A DNA stretch of 64,000 bases from contig NC_085841.1 of NCBI RefSeq assembly GCF_035594765.1, positions 45,677,636 through 45,741,635 of the forward strand. The letters run 5' to 3'. Made by a program: the position numbers and the translations under genes. Each line of letters opens with the position of its first letter. The stretch's first letter is position 1. The notes under the pieces are model-generated. The model saw only the letters and a program-made list of their open reading frames with translations. It had not been told where the DNA came from and did no database searches. The stretch is from Anolis carolinensis. Taxonomy: Eukaryota. Positions 1 through 11,917 of this stretch are shown here, piece after piece.

Positions 1-291
1 TACAAATGGTTTAATGAAGTTATCAAATTTTATTAACCATTTTGACCCAGGAACAAATCTAAAAACAACACTTCAAATTGTAAATACCTCATTAAGTCTT
101 ATGTTGCAGGGGTCATCATCTTACAAATGGTTGTGGCTAGAGGCTGTTTGTACAATGGGAAAAGTATCTAGCGGCAATCATTTGAAACTCTGTGTTCCAT
201 GCTTTCAAGTGGTAAGTTTCATTCATGGGCAGGTTGTGGTTGCAAAGATTTCAAATTGGGTCCATCATTTTGATACATCTTGTACTGTCAT

Positions 292-1702
292 TGTCAAGAG
301 TCAGACGCCAATTTGAGAGCAAAACAGAGTTTATTCAAGATATAGCCCAAAAAATAGGCACAAACACAAAAGATGGCTTTAAACACTTAACTTTCAGTGT
401 TTAAAGGCAGTCCAAACAAAAATGTATCAAAAAGTATACTTTAGCAACCAAACCGGATTTATCCAAGCAAATAGTTCAGATAAAACAAAAGGTGCTTCAA
501 TTCAGCTCTAAACAAACTAAATTGGCTTGGAAAGGCAGCCAAAACAAAACGAAGACTTGGAAACTTCCCAAAAAACTCCCAAGAGTCACAAGCACAAGGC
601 TCTAAACAGAAACTAAAACCGGGCTTGCAAACAGAGTCAGAGCCAGTGCAAAAGGGAAGGGATGGTTCCAAACCCTTTCTGTTGCAAGCAAGCAGGCTTT
701 GGAGATTTAAAGGGGCAGTGCACAAAAGACGTCATCAAACCGGTCCAGAGTCAAAATAGCAGGAACAGCAGGAAACTGCTTCAGGAGTGCAGGTAATGCC
801 AGAAGCTCAAGGGACAAGGTGAAGAGACGTTGTCAGATTGAGCCAGGGTCAGGGCAGGAGACAGCAGCAGGGTCCAGAAGCAAGCCAGAAGTCAAGAGCC
901 GTGGGTAGACTAATCAGAGGGTGAAGGCAGAAACAGGGTCGAATTCCAGTCCAGGGTCAGAGGCTGTAGTCATCAATCCAAGGTCCACGAATTGGCACAA
1001 AGAGCCAAGACAACGAAGGCAACCGCAGCTAAAAATAGTAATAACAGTGCAGTCCAGGAAAACCCACACAGTTCCAGCCCTCCATTGCAGAGCAACCCAG
1101 GTAAACTTACATCTGAAGCAAAGTCCCAGTCCAGTCTTCTTAACACGTACAGGAATCCCAATGGCGCCCAGCAACACCTTGTCACACGCAAAGTGAAGTG
1201 ACCAAACACTCCCAATTTATCCCAATTCTTCCTGGGTGTCCAAACAAACACCCAAAGAGCAGGTGTCCCAAATCCTTAATCAGAATCAGAACTCCACACA
1301 GCTAAGGCTCGTGGATCGGGCGTGCCTAATTCATCAGAATTCCAATCATTCCTCCCACACCCAACACCATGCACACCTGAGGATCCATCCTCCCTCCTCC
1401 AAGCAGACCAAGTGGGATCTGCTTCTGAAGATACCCAAGGTGCAGCAGTATCCATGGGCCCCAATTCCCCAGGCATCTCCGGTGCCCGTGCCCAGTCAGT
1501 GCCCACTTTCTCAGCCACCACCTGTTCACCAGCATCCATTTCTTCCACAAACCCATCTGAATCTTCCTCAGAAGACTCCCCATTGAGTTCCCTAATTCTC
1601 TTCCTGTACAAATCCTCCAAGGAGCCCTCCTCGCGAGGGTTTTTCCTTCCTCTCCTGATCCCACCACCATCATCCACAGTCCCCGAAGGCGCAGTCACAA
1701 CA
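292..1702 (-). mobile_element. Solo Gypsy-type LTR (LTR-A, 1411 bp)
   Basis: TGT...ACA termini; perfect 5-bp TSD GTCAT at 287-291 and 1703-1707; AATAAA on the minus strand near 330; peptide-level similarity to the LTR at 36194-37378. Confidence 0.9.
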
Positions 1703-1707
1703 GTCAT
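1276..1707 (-). CDS. LTR-A U3-encoded ORF (143 aa), putative pol/integrase C-terminal tail; its ATG comes from the TSD
   Basis: Open from the LTR edge in phase T|GTT; RKRIREL..SSEEDSDGF and DPTWSAWR segments align with the LTR-C peptide. Translation not shown. Confidence 0.5.
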   Translation of the reverse strand: MTVVTAPSGTVDDGGGIRRGRKNPREEGSLEDLYRKRIRELNGESSEEDSDGFVEEMDAGEQVVAEKVGTDWARAPEMPGELGPMDTAAPWVSSEADPTWSAWRREDGSSGVHGVGCGRNDWNSDELGTPDPRALAVWSSDSD

Positions 1708-1838
1708 ATTACCATCAGTTTTGAGTCAGCAGCAATTATTTTCAAATTTCAAGTTTTTCACAAAATCCATTGAACTTATGTGCTAATGAAGCTCCCACAC
1801 ACCTGTACTAGAATGGGTGTTTAGCAATAGTATGTATG

Positions 1839-2605
1839 TGTTGTGACTCAGCCACAGTATAGCCAGAGTCAGGATGAAGAAGGGGATTCTGGGTTTCAGA
1901 TACAGGAGCCAGTTGAGCCAGGAGTTGATGGCATGGAAATGCAGGCTGAATCAGAGGCTGGAGAACTGCAGTTTGAGCAGAATGAACTGTTGACCCCAGA
2001 AACCATAGATAACAGCCAGGCTGACATTCCCATGAGAATGAGTGAGAGAGCTCTCAAGTCCCGGTTAATGAGCGAGAGAGCTCGGTCCCAGTTCAGGTGC
2101 AAGATAACGATAACGAAGACCTTTATTTATCTAGGGCGGACTGTCTGTTTTGGAGAGGTTCTCAGGTCCGAAGGAGTGAGAGGCTGGTGGGAAAGAAAGA
2201 GGCCAGTTCTGGGAAAAGAAATGCCTTTCTTGGGTGCTTTTAAAAGTGTCTGTTTGCAGATAGCTCATTGTCAAAGCAAATCCTCACTTCATCTGTGTGG
2301 ATGTTCTTGTTTCATGCTTAGGAAGAGTTTTCCTGGATCTTTGTACTTTTGGGCCTTGTTTTTGGGATCTACTGACTACTGCCTTGCCTTATGGATTATT
2401 AGCTTTGCTATGGTTTATGGACTAATGGATTTTCATGACTTATGAACTATTTGGAATCTTATTGACTCTTTTATTGCAACTTTGAAAACCCTTTCAACTG
2501 CCTGCTTTGATTTATATATTTGTTTTGCTCAATAAAACTTTAAAAGACTTTCTTCTGTGTCTGACTGGGTGTCTATAGCAAGGTGAACTATTCTGAGGTG
2601 CGACA
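1839..2605 (+). mobile_element. Solo Gypsy-type LTR (LTR-B, 767 bp)
   Basis: TGTTGTGAC...GCGACA termini; 5-bp TSD GTATG at 1834-1838 and 2606-2610; TTTTAAAA TATA-like near 2238; AATAAA at 2531. Confidence 0.9.
1840..2445 (+). CDS. LTR-B U3-encoded ORF (~200 aa), putative integrase tail
   Basis: Open from the LTR edge in phase T|GTT; DEEGDSGF (1873-1896) matches DEEGNLGF of LTR-D. The distal half runs past the TATA-like box and may be chance extension. Confidence 0.4.
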   Translation, partial: VVTQPQYSQSQDEEGDSGFQIQEPVEPGVDGMEMQAESEAGELQFEQNELLTPETIDNSQADIPMRMSERALKSRLMSERARSQFRCKITITKTFIYLGRTVCFGEVLRSEGVRGWWERKRPVLGKEMPFLGAFKSVCLQIAHCQSKSSLHLCGCSCFMLRKSFPGSLYFWALFLGSTDYCLALWIISFAMVYGLMDFHDL

Positions 2606-2802
2606 GTATGATAGCAGTGCTCACATGTGGAACACTGCCTTAAAATGCAACTAGTTATGTTTCCAATATTCCCTTGTGGCTGCATATTAAAGAGAAAGAG
2701 CAGTAGTGGAAACTGACTTGTTTATTTGCCAGGCGTCTTAGATTTTATTAGCATAAGATTGCAGCTCAAAGCAGAACTGTTGCATTTTCTGCAGACTGTC
2801 CA

Positions 2803-2955
2803 AGGCTGAATCTACGTTGTCCTACATCCCAGGATCTGATCCCAGATTATCTGCTTTTTTCCAGATTATTTAACAGTGTAGACTCATGTAATCCAGTTCA
2901 AATCATATAACCTGGAATCAGATCTTGGGATATAGGACAGTGTTAATCTACAGAC
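2803..2955. mobile_element. Short palindromic non-autonomous DNA element (MITE-like)
   Basis: Internal inverted repeats atcccaggatctgat / atcagatcttgggat; degenerate termini; ends approximate. Confidence 0.5.
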
Positions 2956-3112
2956 CAGTTCAGTTTGCTCTGTGTGTGTGTGTGGGGGGGGGGGGGGAGG
3001 GCACTGTTTCTCTTTTGCATCCCAACTGATCAGAGACAAGGGAGAAGCCAGTTGGGAAGGGAGGGAGGGGGGCTTTCTCCTCTTCTCCAGCTGGAGAAGA
3101 AGCAAAAATATG

Positions 3113-3681
3113 TGTTAAGTAGATAATGTACTGTTAGATAGAATTGTATTGATTGTAACCCCATTGTGTAATACTGTTGGAAAATACTGTTCTAATGGAC
3201 ATGTAGTCACAAGCCTATTAAGGGTTAAGTAGGTGGTAACATGTAACTGGAGGGACAGGCAAAAGAAGCTGATTCATGATTATGTGACAGGCATGACAAG
3301 GGTTACATCATTCACTTTTATCCCTGGTTAATTATGAGAAGCAATCAGTATAAAAGAGGGCAGCACGCATGTGTTCTTTCTCTTGCCATGATTCTCTTGC
3401 TGCTCACAGTACATCTGTTGCTGATATCTGTCATGAGTATATCTCTGCATATGCCATTGACTGATGGGGCATCAGGGGGTCGTGCTGTGTGTATATAGCT
3501 GTACATAAAGCAGTGTGACAAGATTAAAATTCTTTACTATGAGTTTAGATAAAAACTGAGACAAAGAGTTTTCTTAAACAGTGAGCAGTACAAGATTAGG
3601 CTGTGCAGTAAAATCTCTGCTGACAACTGATAAAGGACTCTGCTATGTTTGGGTCGATTTTCAAAGCTTTCCTCTGAGACA
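3113..3681 (+). mobile_element. Possible solo LTR (Copia-like), boundaries uncertain
   Basis: TG...CA candidate ends, TATAAAAG at ~3349, LTR-like layout; no convincing TSD found. Confidence 0.35.
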
Positions 3682-4851
3682 ATCAGTCCAGTGTGCAGCT
3701 TTTTTAGGGAGGGTGTGATGAAGGAGAAAATTGTAAATCACACCTATCTCTCTGTTTCTCAACAAGCCAGGCTGGAAAAGGGGGAACAGGGCTTTCTAAT
3801 TCTTCTCCAGCTGGAGAAGAATTTATTTCTTTATTTCCAACATTTCTATCCTGCCCTTCTCACCCGAAGGGACTCAGGGCAGCTTACAACAATGGCAGTA
3901 AGTCGATGCCTACACAAGATTAAAATTACACAGTACATAAAATCAATTAAAACTATTAAATACAATATAAAAATTTAAAAACAATTTTAAAACAAAGAAT
4001 TCAGAGCCTGAACGAAGTTATTTGGAAAGCCATCGCTTCTGCACCTGGCAGCTCTACCTTTTGCGCCAATTCTGCTAGGCCAGTAAGAAGGTTTACTTGA
4101 AAGTTAGATGGTGCAGTAGAGGAAGGAATTAAAACATGTATTGGGAACATATTGGCCAAAGTCTGGATTCCTATCAACACAATTCTTTGCAAAATATTTT
4201 AAGCTTGAAGCTTGATTGTTTCTTTGAAATGAAAATAGCTGATCTGTAATCTTAACAATGTGGGACAATTGAATTTAATTATTAATTGGATTACTGTATT
4301 GCACATAGTATGTAAATCAAAATAGTAAGTTACAGAGAAGAAACAAGAAAAATGTGTGCCCTTCTTCCATGAAAATACCAATGGTTTTAAAAATATTTGC
4401 ACTGTTTTGACACTCTGATTTTAATTAAGAAGATACTAATTGCTATTTTTTAAAATAAAGATGCAAAGAATTTGGACTTGTGGATGTTCAAGTGACAAGA
4501 AGCAAAATTAAATCTGTCATTTCAACTATACCACCCAATTAATAAATGGTCTTTTACTTTCTGCAGCATGTAGAATCGAGTTCCTTGTTATAAGACTGGT
4601 TGCTTTATTGATTCTAAAAAAGACAGAAAAGGACTAGAATGGTTCAGATGATATATTTATTGGGTCAGCTCTGTTAATAAGTTAGCAGGCTTTCAGTTCC
4701 ATAAAACTTTTTCCCAGTTAGTCTGAAGCTTTTCACTTATGTAAAAAACTAGTTGATTTGGTAATTATTGAATATATTGAGAAAGTAGTAAAGTAAATTC
4801 TATATCTTGTCATTTCATCTAATGGCTTTATTCTTATTTGTTCTCTGAAAG

Positions 4852-4960
4852 GAGGGAGAGGAGAAATGTCACTTGGATGCCAAGAAGCCTTTGAAATATT
4901 TAGAAGAGATCATGCCGATAGCATAACCATTGACGACAATAAACAGCTTCTTAAAGTAAG
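4852..4960 (+). CDS. KIF6: KIF6 coding exon (GRGEMSLGCQEAFEIFRRDHADSITIDDNKQLLKVR)
   Basis: ctgaaag| acceptor, |gtaaga donor, phase 1-2; peptide matches my recollection of the vertebrate KIF6 tail (MSLGCQEAFEIFKRDHADS). Confidence 0.93.
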
Positions 4961-5090
4961 GTAAGATATATAATGAGCAAAAAAGTCTCTGGGAACACAC
5001 TCTGTGGGTAGGAACCCATGTTTTTGGCTTGGATGCAGAAACTGATTAAATCTAATTTATAGATTTAAATGGCCTGAATGTGTAGACTAT

Positions 5091-5243
5091 GACCCCTTCC
5101 ACACAGCTGAATAAAATCCCACCCACATTATCTCTTTTGACTGGAATATATGGCAGTGTGGACTCAGATAACCAAGTTCAAAGCAGATATTGTGGGGTAT
5201 TCTGCCTTGATAGTCTGGGTTATGTGACTGTGTGGAAGGGCCC
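5091..5243. mobile_element. MITE with TIRs cccttccacacag / ctgtgtggaaggg
   Basis: 13-bp terminal inverted repeats; the same internal module recurs at ~51610-51737. Confidence 0.7.
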
Positions 5244-5387
5244 TTAGTTACAAGGCAAGACATAGGTACAATTAGATATATGGTAAGAACCATTATTTTA
5301 GTACAGCAACTCAGAACATTGTAGCTCCACCATGGAAAGTCTTCCACACACGTGTTAGCAAAATGGAAAATCGGCATAGCGAGAGTT

Positions 5388-5888
5388 GGCCAGGCTGTGA
5401 TGCAGCTGGTTGAGTAGCCAGCTGCAATAAATCACTCTGACCAAGAGGTGGTGAGTTCGAGGTCAGCCCGTGTCGGGGTGAGCACCCAACAATTAAAATA
5501 AAAATGCCCCCTGCTCATTGTTGACCTAAGCAACTGAAAGATAGTTGCATCTATCAAGTAGGAATTTAGGTACTGCTCTGCGGGGAGGCAAATTTAACTA
5601 ATTTACGACACCATAAAAAAACTCGTCCAGCTCCTGTTTGGAATGAGGAAGTATCCATCAAGATGCCACAATGGATGATGAAGCAGCTGCTCCCCCTGTG
5701 ACTGGAATCGAGCATAACCTCAGGAAGCTGGAAGCTGGAGAATGTTAAATTGTCTCTCTCTGTCTCTATGTTTATATGGCATTGAATGTTTGCAATTATA
5801 TGTGCACATTGTGATCCGCCCTGAGTCCCCTTCGGGGTGAGAAGGGCGGAATATAAATGCTATAAATAAATAAATAAATAAATAAATA
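5388..5888 (+). mobile_element. tRNA-derived SINE with L2-like 3' end and (TAAA)n tail
   Basis: A-box/B-box-like head (gagttcga); near-identical copies at 21625-22117 (-) and 39960-40429 (+). Confidence 0.85.
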
Positions 5889-6557
5889 CTAGGAATGTTG
5901 TAGTTGCGTGTGATAAAGTATTTACTCAAAGATGCCAAGTGCCCATAATCGAAAGAGCTTTGAAAATGGGACAAATACCAGAAGCAGGTCATAGAAAAGA
6001 CAGTATTTTGCCATCTTTTAACCATGTAGCACATTGATACAAATGGTACTTCTACGGACCATATTGTCATTCATATTTCCATATTACATACTTCTGATTG
6101 TTTGTATTCTCTTCAGGAGAGCCCCTTTATGTTCTAGGGCCATATGTTGTTCTTGGACATTTTTCAAAAGAGAGGAATTAACTCTGTTCAGCTTCATTTC
6201 TGTGACAGTAATTTCCTTCTTAATGAGTCTTAGGTTTGGCTTTAGATCCTAAGTGTGTTTTGTTTTTAATTCTGTACAGCGCCTAGTAATCCTAAATGCT
6301 TCATAATTATTTTAATAATTCATGAGTAATTAACTTTTTTACATGTTCCTTATGTGACAAGGTGTCACTCATGGAAATTACTCAGCGCAGTCTGTAAACC
6401 AATTTTGTTAAATCATTGAAAACCCACCTATTTTTACTCCAACAATGAACAATATATGGGCTAATTGTGTAGCCATTGCAAAATGCTGCAGCAAAGTCAC
6501 TGACTAAAATATAGAAAACATGTTAAAAGTAACCTAGAAAGACTAAAAGCTTGTTTC

Positions 6558-6558
6558 A

Positions 6559-6595
<37 letters not shown>

Positions 6596-6596
6596 A
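6558..6596. repeat. (GTT)n microsatellite
   Basis: Seen directly. Confidence 0.95.
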
Positions 6597-7404
6597 CTAA
6601 TAATGATAAGCAAACAAACATGGTGAATGTTGGTTATAATTTCTTATAAGCTTTTAGCCTTTCTAGCACCTTTACGTATCAATACGCAATATAGAAATGT
6701 AGCTTAATATGACAATCAGTGTAACTAGTGCTTGAATTAGAATTAAAAAGCTCACAACTGGTTTGGGTCAGTTTCATACATTTTCATTCATTCTTTTCCA
6801 TATTAATGTGGAATTGTTTTTAATTGCAGAATATGTACATGCAATATGTCTTTAAATGCACATTTATTAATGTCTTTTCAACTTTACATTTTAATTGCAA
6901 AGTTTGTGCAAAACCTATTTTTACAATTTAAACTCTATATTGGATTGAAATTGTAAAGATAGTTTTCAGCACCATGTATTTTGGATTAATCCACACATTG
7001 CTAAACATATTGTACAAACAATTATGCACTCTACATTTTAAATGTTTCTTTAGCTAAAATAACTATTGCAAAATAACAATTTAAGAGATACTTGTATTAC
7101 AGTCCACCCATTAGCTCAGGCAAGTTTGCAATTGATAGTGGTACAAGTGGTACAAGTTTGACGTTCCTAACAAACATGATAGTTGAAAAGAATTTCCAGT
7201 CTTAATGAGCATTTTAACTTAAAGTGACTATTCCCTTGCAGTCAGTTAATATTCTCAGGTCAAATAATTTAATCTATAATCTATTTATGAAAAATAGCTA
7301 ATTTTTAAACAGCCTTTTTTCCTTTTCTTTTTTGAAATCAGTATTTTGTCCTTTGGATTGCATTGTAAAAGTTTTATTCTACAAGGCAAACATTATCTTG
7401 TCAT

Positions 7405-7613
7405 CCCCCACTCTTTTAGCCTTCAGGAAAGATTTAAAAACCTGGCTTTTCCGATGTGCTTTCGGAGAGTAACTATTACACACTTCTTTTGTTACTCCCC
7501 CATCATCTACCCTCTAGATTGTTTTTATCTTATGTCCCTGGTCTCCGTGATTATATTCTTATCCTTTTCTCACCCCAAGTTTTAATTAAGTGTCTCATGC
7601 GGCCCGCCCTGTG

Positions 7614-7664
<51 letters not shown>

Positions 7665-7805
7665 TTTGTGTTGCAGTGTATATGATTATTTATTGTATTG
7701 TGATATGTTGTTTTATATTTTGCTATATTGTACTGTTCTGGGCATGGCCCCATGTAAGCCGCCCCGAGTCCCCGTTGGGGAGATGGTGGCGGGGTATAAA
7801 TAAAG

Positions 7806-7854
<49 letters not shown>
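7405..7854 (+). mobile_element. 5'-truncated L2 LINE 3' end with internal (TA)n and (TTA)n tail
   Basis: Near-identical to the reverse complement of 47666-48100. Confidence 0.9.
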
Positions 7855-9160
7855 GACTTTTGTCTCTTTAAAATTTATGTTTCAACAATAACAAAAATAT
7901 TTGAGGGAAATATTTCAACATTATATCTTCTTTTGTTTCCATTTAAATATTTCCTCCTTGTAATGTATGGGTATGTGTGTGCTTTCTTTAAAATGTAGAG
8001 CACTTATGCCTCTCTTTTGCAAAGTTTAAGCAAAAGTTTTTCAAAAGATATAATTTCTCATTCCTGGGTTGCAATATATTAATGGTGATGTCTCCAGTTT
8101 TCAAAGCATTTGAGATGAACCCAAGCAAAAAAGTCTGGAAAAAGTAAAATAATTTGAATATATCATATGAATCTAATTGCATGCAGATTATAATCTTATT
8201 ATCTTTTAGGAAACAGACCTCATTACAAATAATAGATAAATTTTTGGATAAATGCCCATGCAATAGTTCTGAATATTTAATCTACCTTGTAGATTTTGTA
8301 TCAAAACAGTCCAAGCAATTTTGTAGCTGTTGCTATTTGCAGAAAACATTAGTGAACAAAGTTTGAAACATCACACTTTTTCAAAAACTCTTCTTAGATC
8401 TACTCTGTAATTTGGAACATAGCTGCTGAACCACCACTTGTCTAGAAACTCAGTGACCCAGCATTCAAATTGCTATGTAAAGATTATATATACAACACAT
8501 TTTAAAGTTAACTTTCTTTTAAATGTATACCTTTCAAATGCCAAAATTACTATATGCAGTGTGATAACCGTTTCCCATGTCATGCTTGACACTTGATTCA
8601 CAATTACTTTTTAAATAGATTTGTATTTTCTTTGGTCCCCATCCTCTTTTTAAAAGTTGGGTGAATTTTATCATAGACCACGAGAGCAATTCATGTCTTG
8701 TAGCACTTGGAAAAATCTGCATTGGTCCTTTTTATAGATTTCCTTCTGCTATTCTGTGGTGCAGAGGCATAGTCTGCTACTCCAAACCTCAGTAGCATTC
8801 CTCAGGCACCTTATCTTCTTTCAAGATTGTATCCAAATGGCTTTCAACTTGTTCGTTTCCTTAATCATAAAATCATAGAATTGGAAAGTCACCTAAGCCA
8901 GCCTTCTGCAATAAAATTTCACTCATCAACTGACACCTCCCACGATCCTCTTGCCTGATCCAGACCAAGTATACCACAAGTAACTGCTCTGCAGAAGGTG
9001 CCTGAAGAAAGCCATCATTATTTTATGAGTGTATAGTGGACAAAACCTCATACTAAAATAAAACCCACCCTTTGAAATCTTGTCAGCTAAGTGCTATTTC
9101 TAACTCCTTAACAAACTCCAGAGAGGCAGCCATATTAACTGTGTTGCAACAATTCCAATA

Positions 9161-9450
9161 ATCATAGAATTATAGAGTTGGAAGAGACCACAAGCACCAT
9201 CCAGTATAACCCCCTGTCATGCAGGAACGCAGAATCCAAGCATCTCTGACAGATGGCCAACTAGCCTCCAACTAAAAACCTCCAGAAAAGGAGATTCTAC
9301 CACACTCCAAAGTAGCATATTCCACTGCTGAAAAGCTCTTACCATCAGGAAGTTCTTCCTAATATTTAGGTGGAATCTTTGTTACTGCAATTTGAATCTA
9401 TTACTCTATTTCCTAGTCTCCAGATTATCAGAAAACAAGCTTGCCCCCTC
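9161..9450 (-). mobile_element. CR1 LINE 3' fragment (degraded)
   Basis: atcatagaat tail repeat and similarity to the 3' end of the CR1 at 22191-23527. Confidence 0.75.
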
Positions 9451-11154
9451 CTCAACGTGGCATTCTTTCCAGTATTTACATGACTATCATGTGCCCTTTC
9501 ATCTGTCTTTTCTTTTCCACAGAGTCCACTATAAACACTGCACATTGTTGATTTGTGTAAATGAGCAGTGTTCAGAAACCTTTCATTGTTCCCAATTTTT
9601 TGTGATCCCAACATAGAGCTAAAAGGAATCTTATTTGGGGTCAGGACCCACAGTTTAATAAGCAGTGGTCTAGAGCACATTTTCACAAATAAAAAAAAAT
9701 ATTTGGGATATATCTCAACTGAAGAAGATTGGAATGAATTACCTGCTGTCTGAGTTCCATGAGACCCTTTGGTGACAAGTGTACACCTTTGATCTTCCAT
9801 ATCCCCCATGCCTCCCCCATGCCTCCCCCTTCCATTTTGGCTGTGGGAAAAAAGAACTCTTCTTAAAAAGGTGTAAACATCCTTACTCCAGTCTTAACAA
9901 CCTACTCCAGTCTTTCTGAAATTCAACCGCAGAATTGACCATGTATGATGCAATGGCACTTTCACTTGCCGAAAACAATAGCTGTTATAACACATTGGTC
10001 TTCGATATGCCCAATGGAGCTGATTATAGTAAGAGAGTTCCCACACAGCACTTTGCATTGAGGAAAGACTGCAAAAGATTTAAAAAAGTTAACAGAGAAC
10101 AATATATAGTCTAATCTTGTTAATTTTCTCTCTTAATCGTGTGTTGAATAAACTTCCTTCTTTTCATGGCTTGCAAGGAATCCCTTTCAAGGTCCCCCAT
10201 CAGCCACAGAAATCAAGTATTTTTAAAAGGGAGAACAAATGTTCTCCCTTTGTCTTCAGTGTGGGAAGATTTCCATGTCCTCTGTTTGAAATGCAAGGAA
10301 ATGAGAAGTCCTTTCCCTTTCCTTGCATTTCAAATAGGGTGCATGGAAATCTCTCCGGAATAGCCCAATTATGCATGTTGAGTTCATCTGGTAAAGCAAG
10401 TAGGCATCAGGAAATAAGGGCGTGGAGACCTAAAATGCTAGCTGTGTAGAGCTTGAAAGAAAAACTGACTAATTGAAAGAAGACACCCAATGTGTGCCTC
10501 TCATTGGAAAAGTGCTATTTTCCACTTTTTTCCATTGCTAGTCTTGTTAGACAAAAATGGAACTTGCGGGTTTTTCCAGTTTCTTCTCTTAGTCCAAATC
10601 TTGCCAAATCTGATTTGGTTCCAGGTCTGCTAGCAAGGATGTTTATACATGACTGGATACTCAGTCAGAATTTCATGACAAGGATACTGTCCTAGCCACA
10701 AAAACCATAATAGAATGTGTCATCCTGCAGATATCTGTGATTTGTTGCAGAAGAGTTATTTTCTCCTTTTGTCTACCTATATCAAATTAACTCTTGATTG
10801 TGTTAACATTTTAAGATATTTAAGTAAACTGACTCAGTTATCACTGCAAACTGAAGTAATAGAGACTGGCAGGATTACTCTGCCAGCTTCCAACCATCAT
10901 GGGTTCAAATAAAAATGGAATCTGCCATCTTCTGCTGGAAATGTGTTTTTATTGGCTTTTCTTTGTGCAGCCATGAAATAACTAGATCATTTTCTTCTGC
11001 CTTGCCACAAGAATTATATTTTAGGATTTTTCTGAAAGTTTGGAGATGTAAAAATATGAAGATTAGAACCTCTTGTATCAGCAGAAAATGTATAGATTAT
11101 ATTTTAGAAATAGTTTTCCATATCTGCATTGTGTATTCCAGTGGTTTTTATATT

Positions 11155-11917
11155 CAGTGATACCTTGACATACGAGTTTAATTTGTTTTATGACCAAGCT
11201 CATTACTCAAATTGCTTATATGTCAAATCAAATTTCCCCATTGAAATTAATTGAAATGGTGTTAATCCGTTCCAGCTACCCACCCAAAAAAGCCACACCA
11301 ATTTTTATTATGTGTATTCCCCTTCAAGATCAGAGAAGATGCTACTGGAGACCACTCTACCTTGCTCCCCTCCCCCCCATCCCAGCTCTGCTTATGATTG
11401 GTGATCTGGGAGCAGCTCCAAAGGCATGTGCAGCAGAGGTTGCACGGTGGAACTGAGGTGTTGCAGCCACTGCCTGTTGTCTGTTGGTGTCTGGGGTCAG
11501 CCCAGTGGGCTGCATGTGAGCGGAAGGGGTATGTAAGCTTCCCTATCATTCACGGCCTCCTGCATGCGAGGGGGTCACACTCAGGTTTCAGGGTGTGTAA
11601 TTTCCCCTGTCAATCAAGGACTCCTGCCAATAAAATGGGCTCTTCCCAGCCAGTTGGGTTTCTTTGGGGTTTTTCTGCAGGATTTTAAAATTAGAATACG
11701 TGTTCAAGTTGTGGGGAGGACTGTATGCACACATGTTCTGGATGCCTCTTATGCCTTGTCTTTGCAAAAAGGAGGCAGCAGAGGCAACAGTGGCCTTTTA
11801 GGCATCTCTGGAGGGCTTTGTTAAGGGAGCTCGTAACTCAGATCTCAGTTCGCATTTCAAAGCCAAAAATTGATGGAGTGACAACTTGTATCATAGAAAA
11901 CTCATAAATTAGTGCTG
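11155..11917. mobile_element. Degraded Tc1/mariner (Tigger-like) non-autonomous element
   Basis: cagtgataccttgacatacgag-type left end with ctcgtaactca counterpart at right; ends approximate. Confidence 0.4.
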
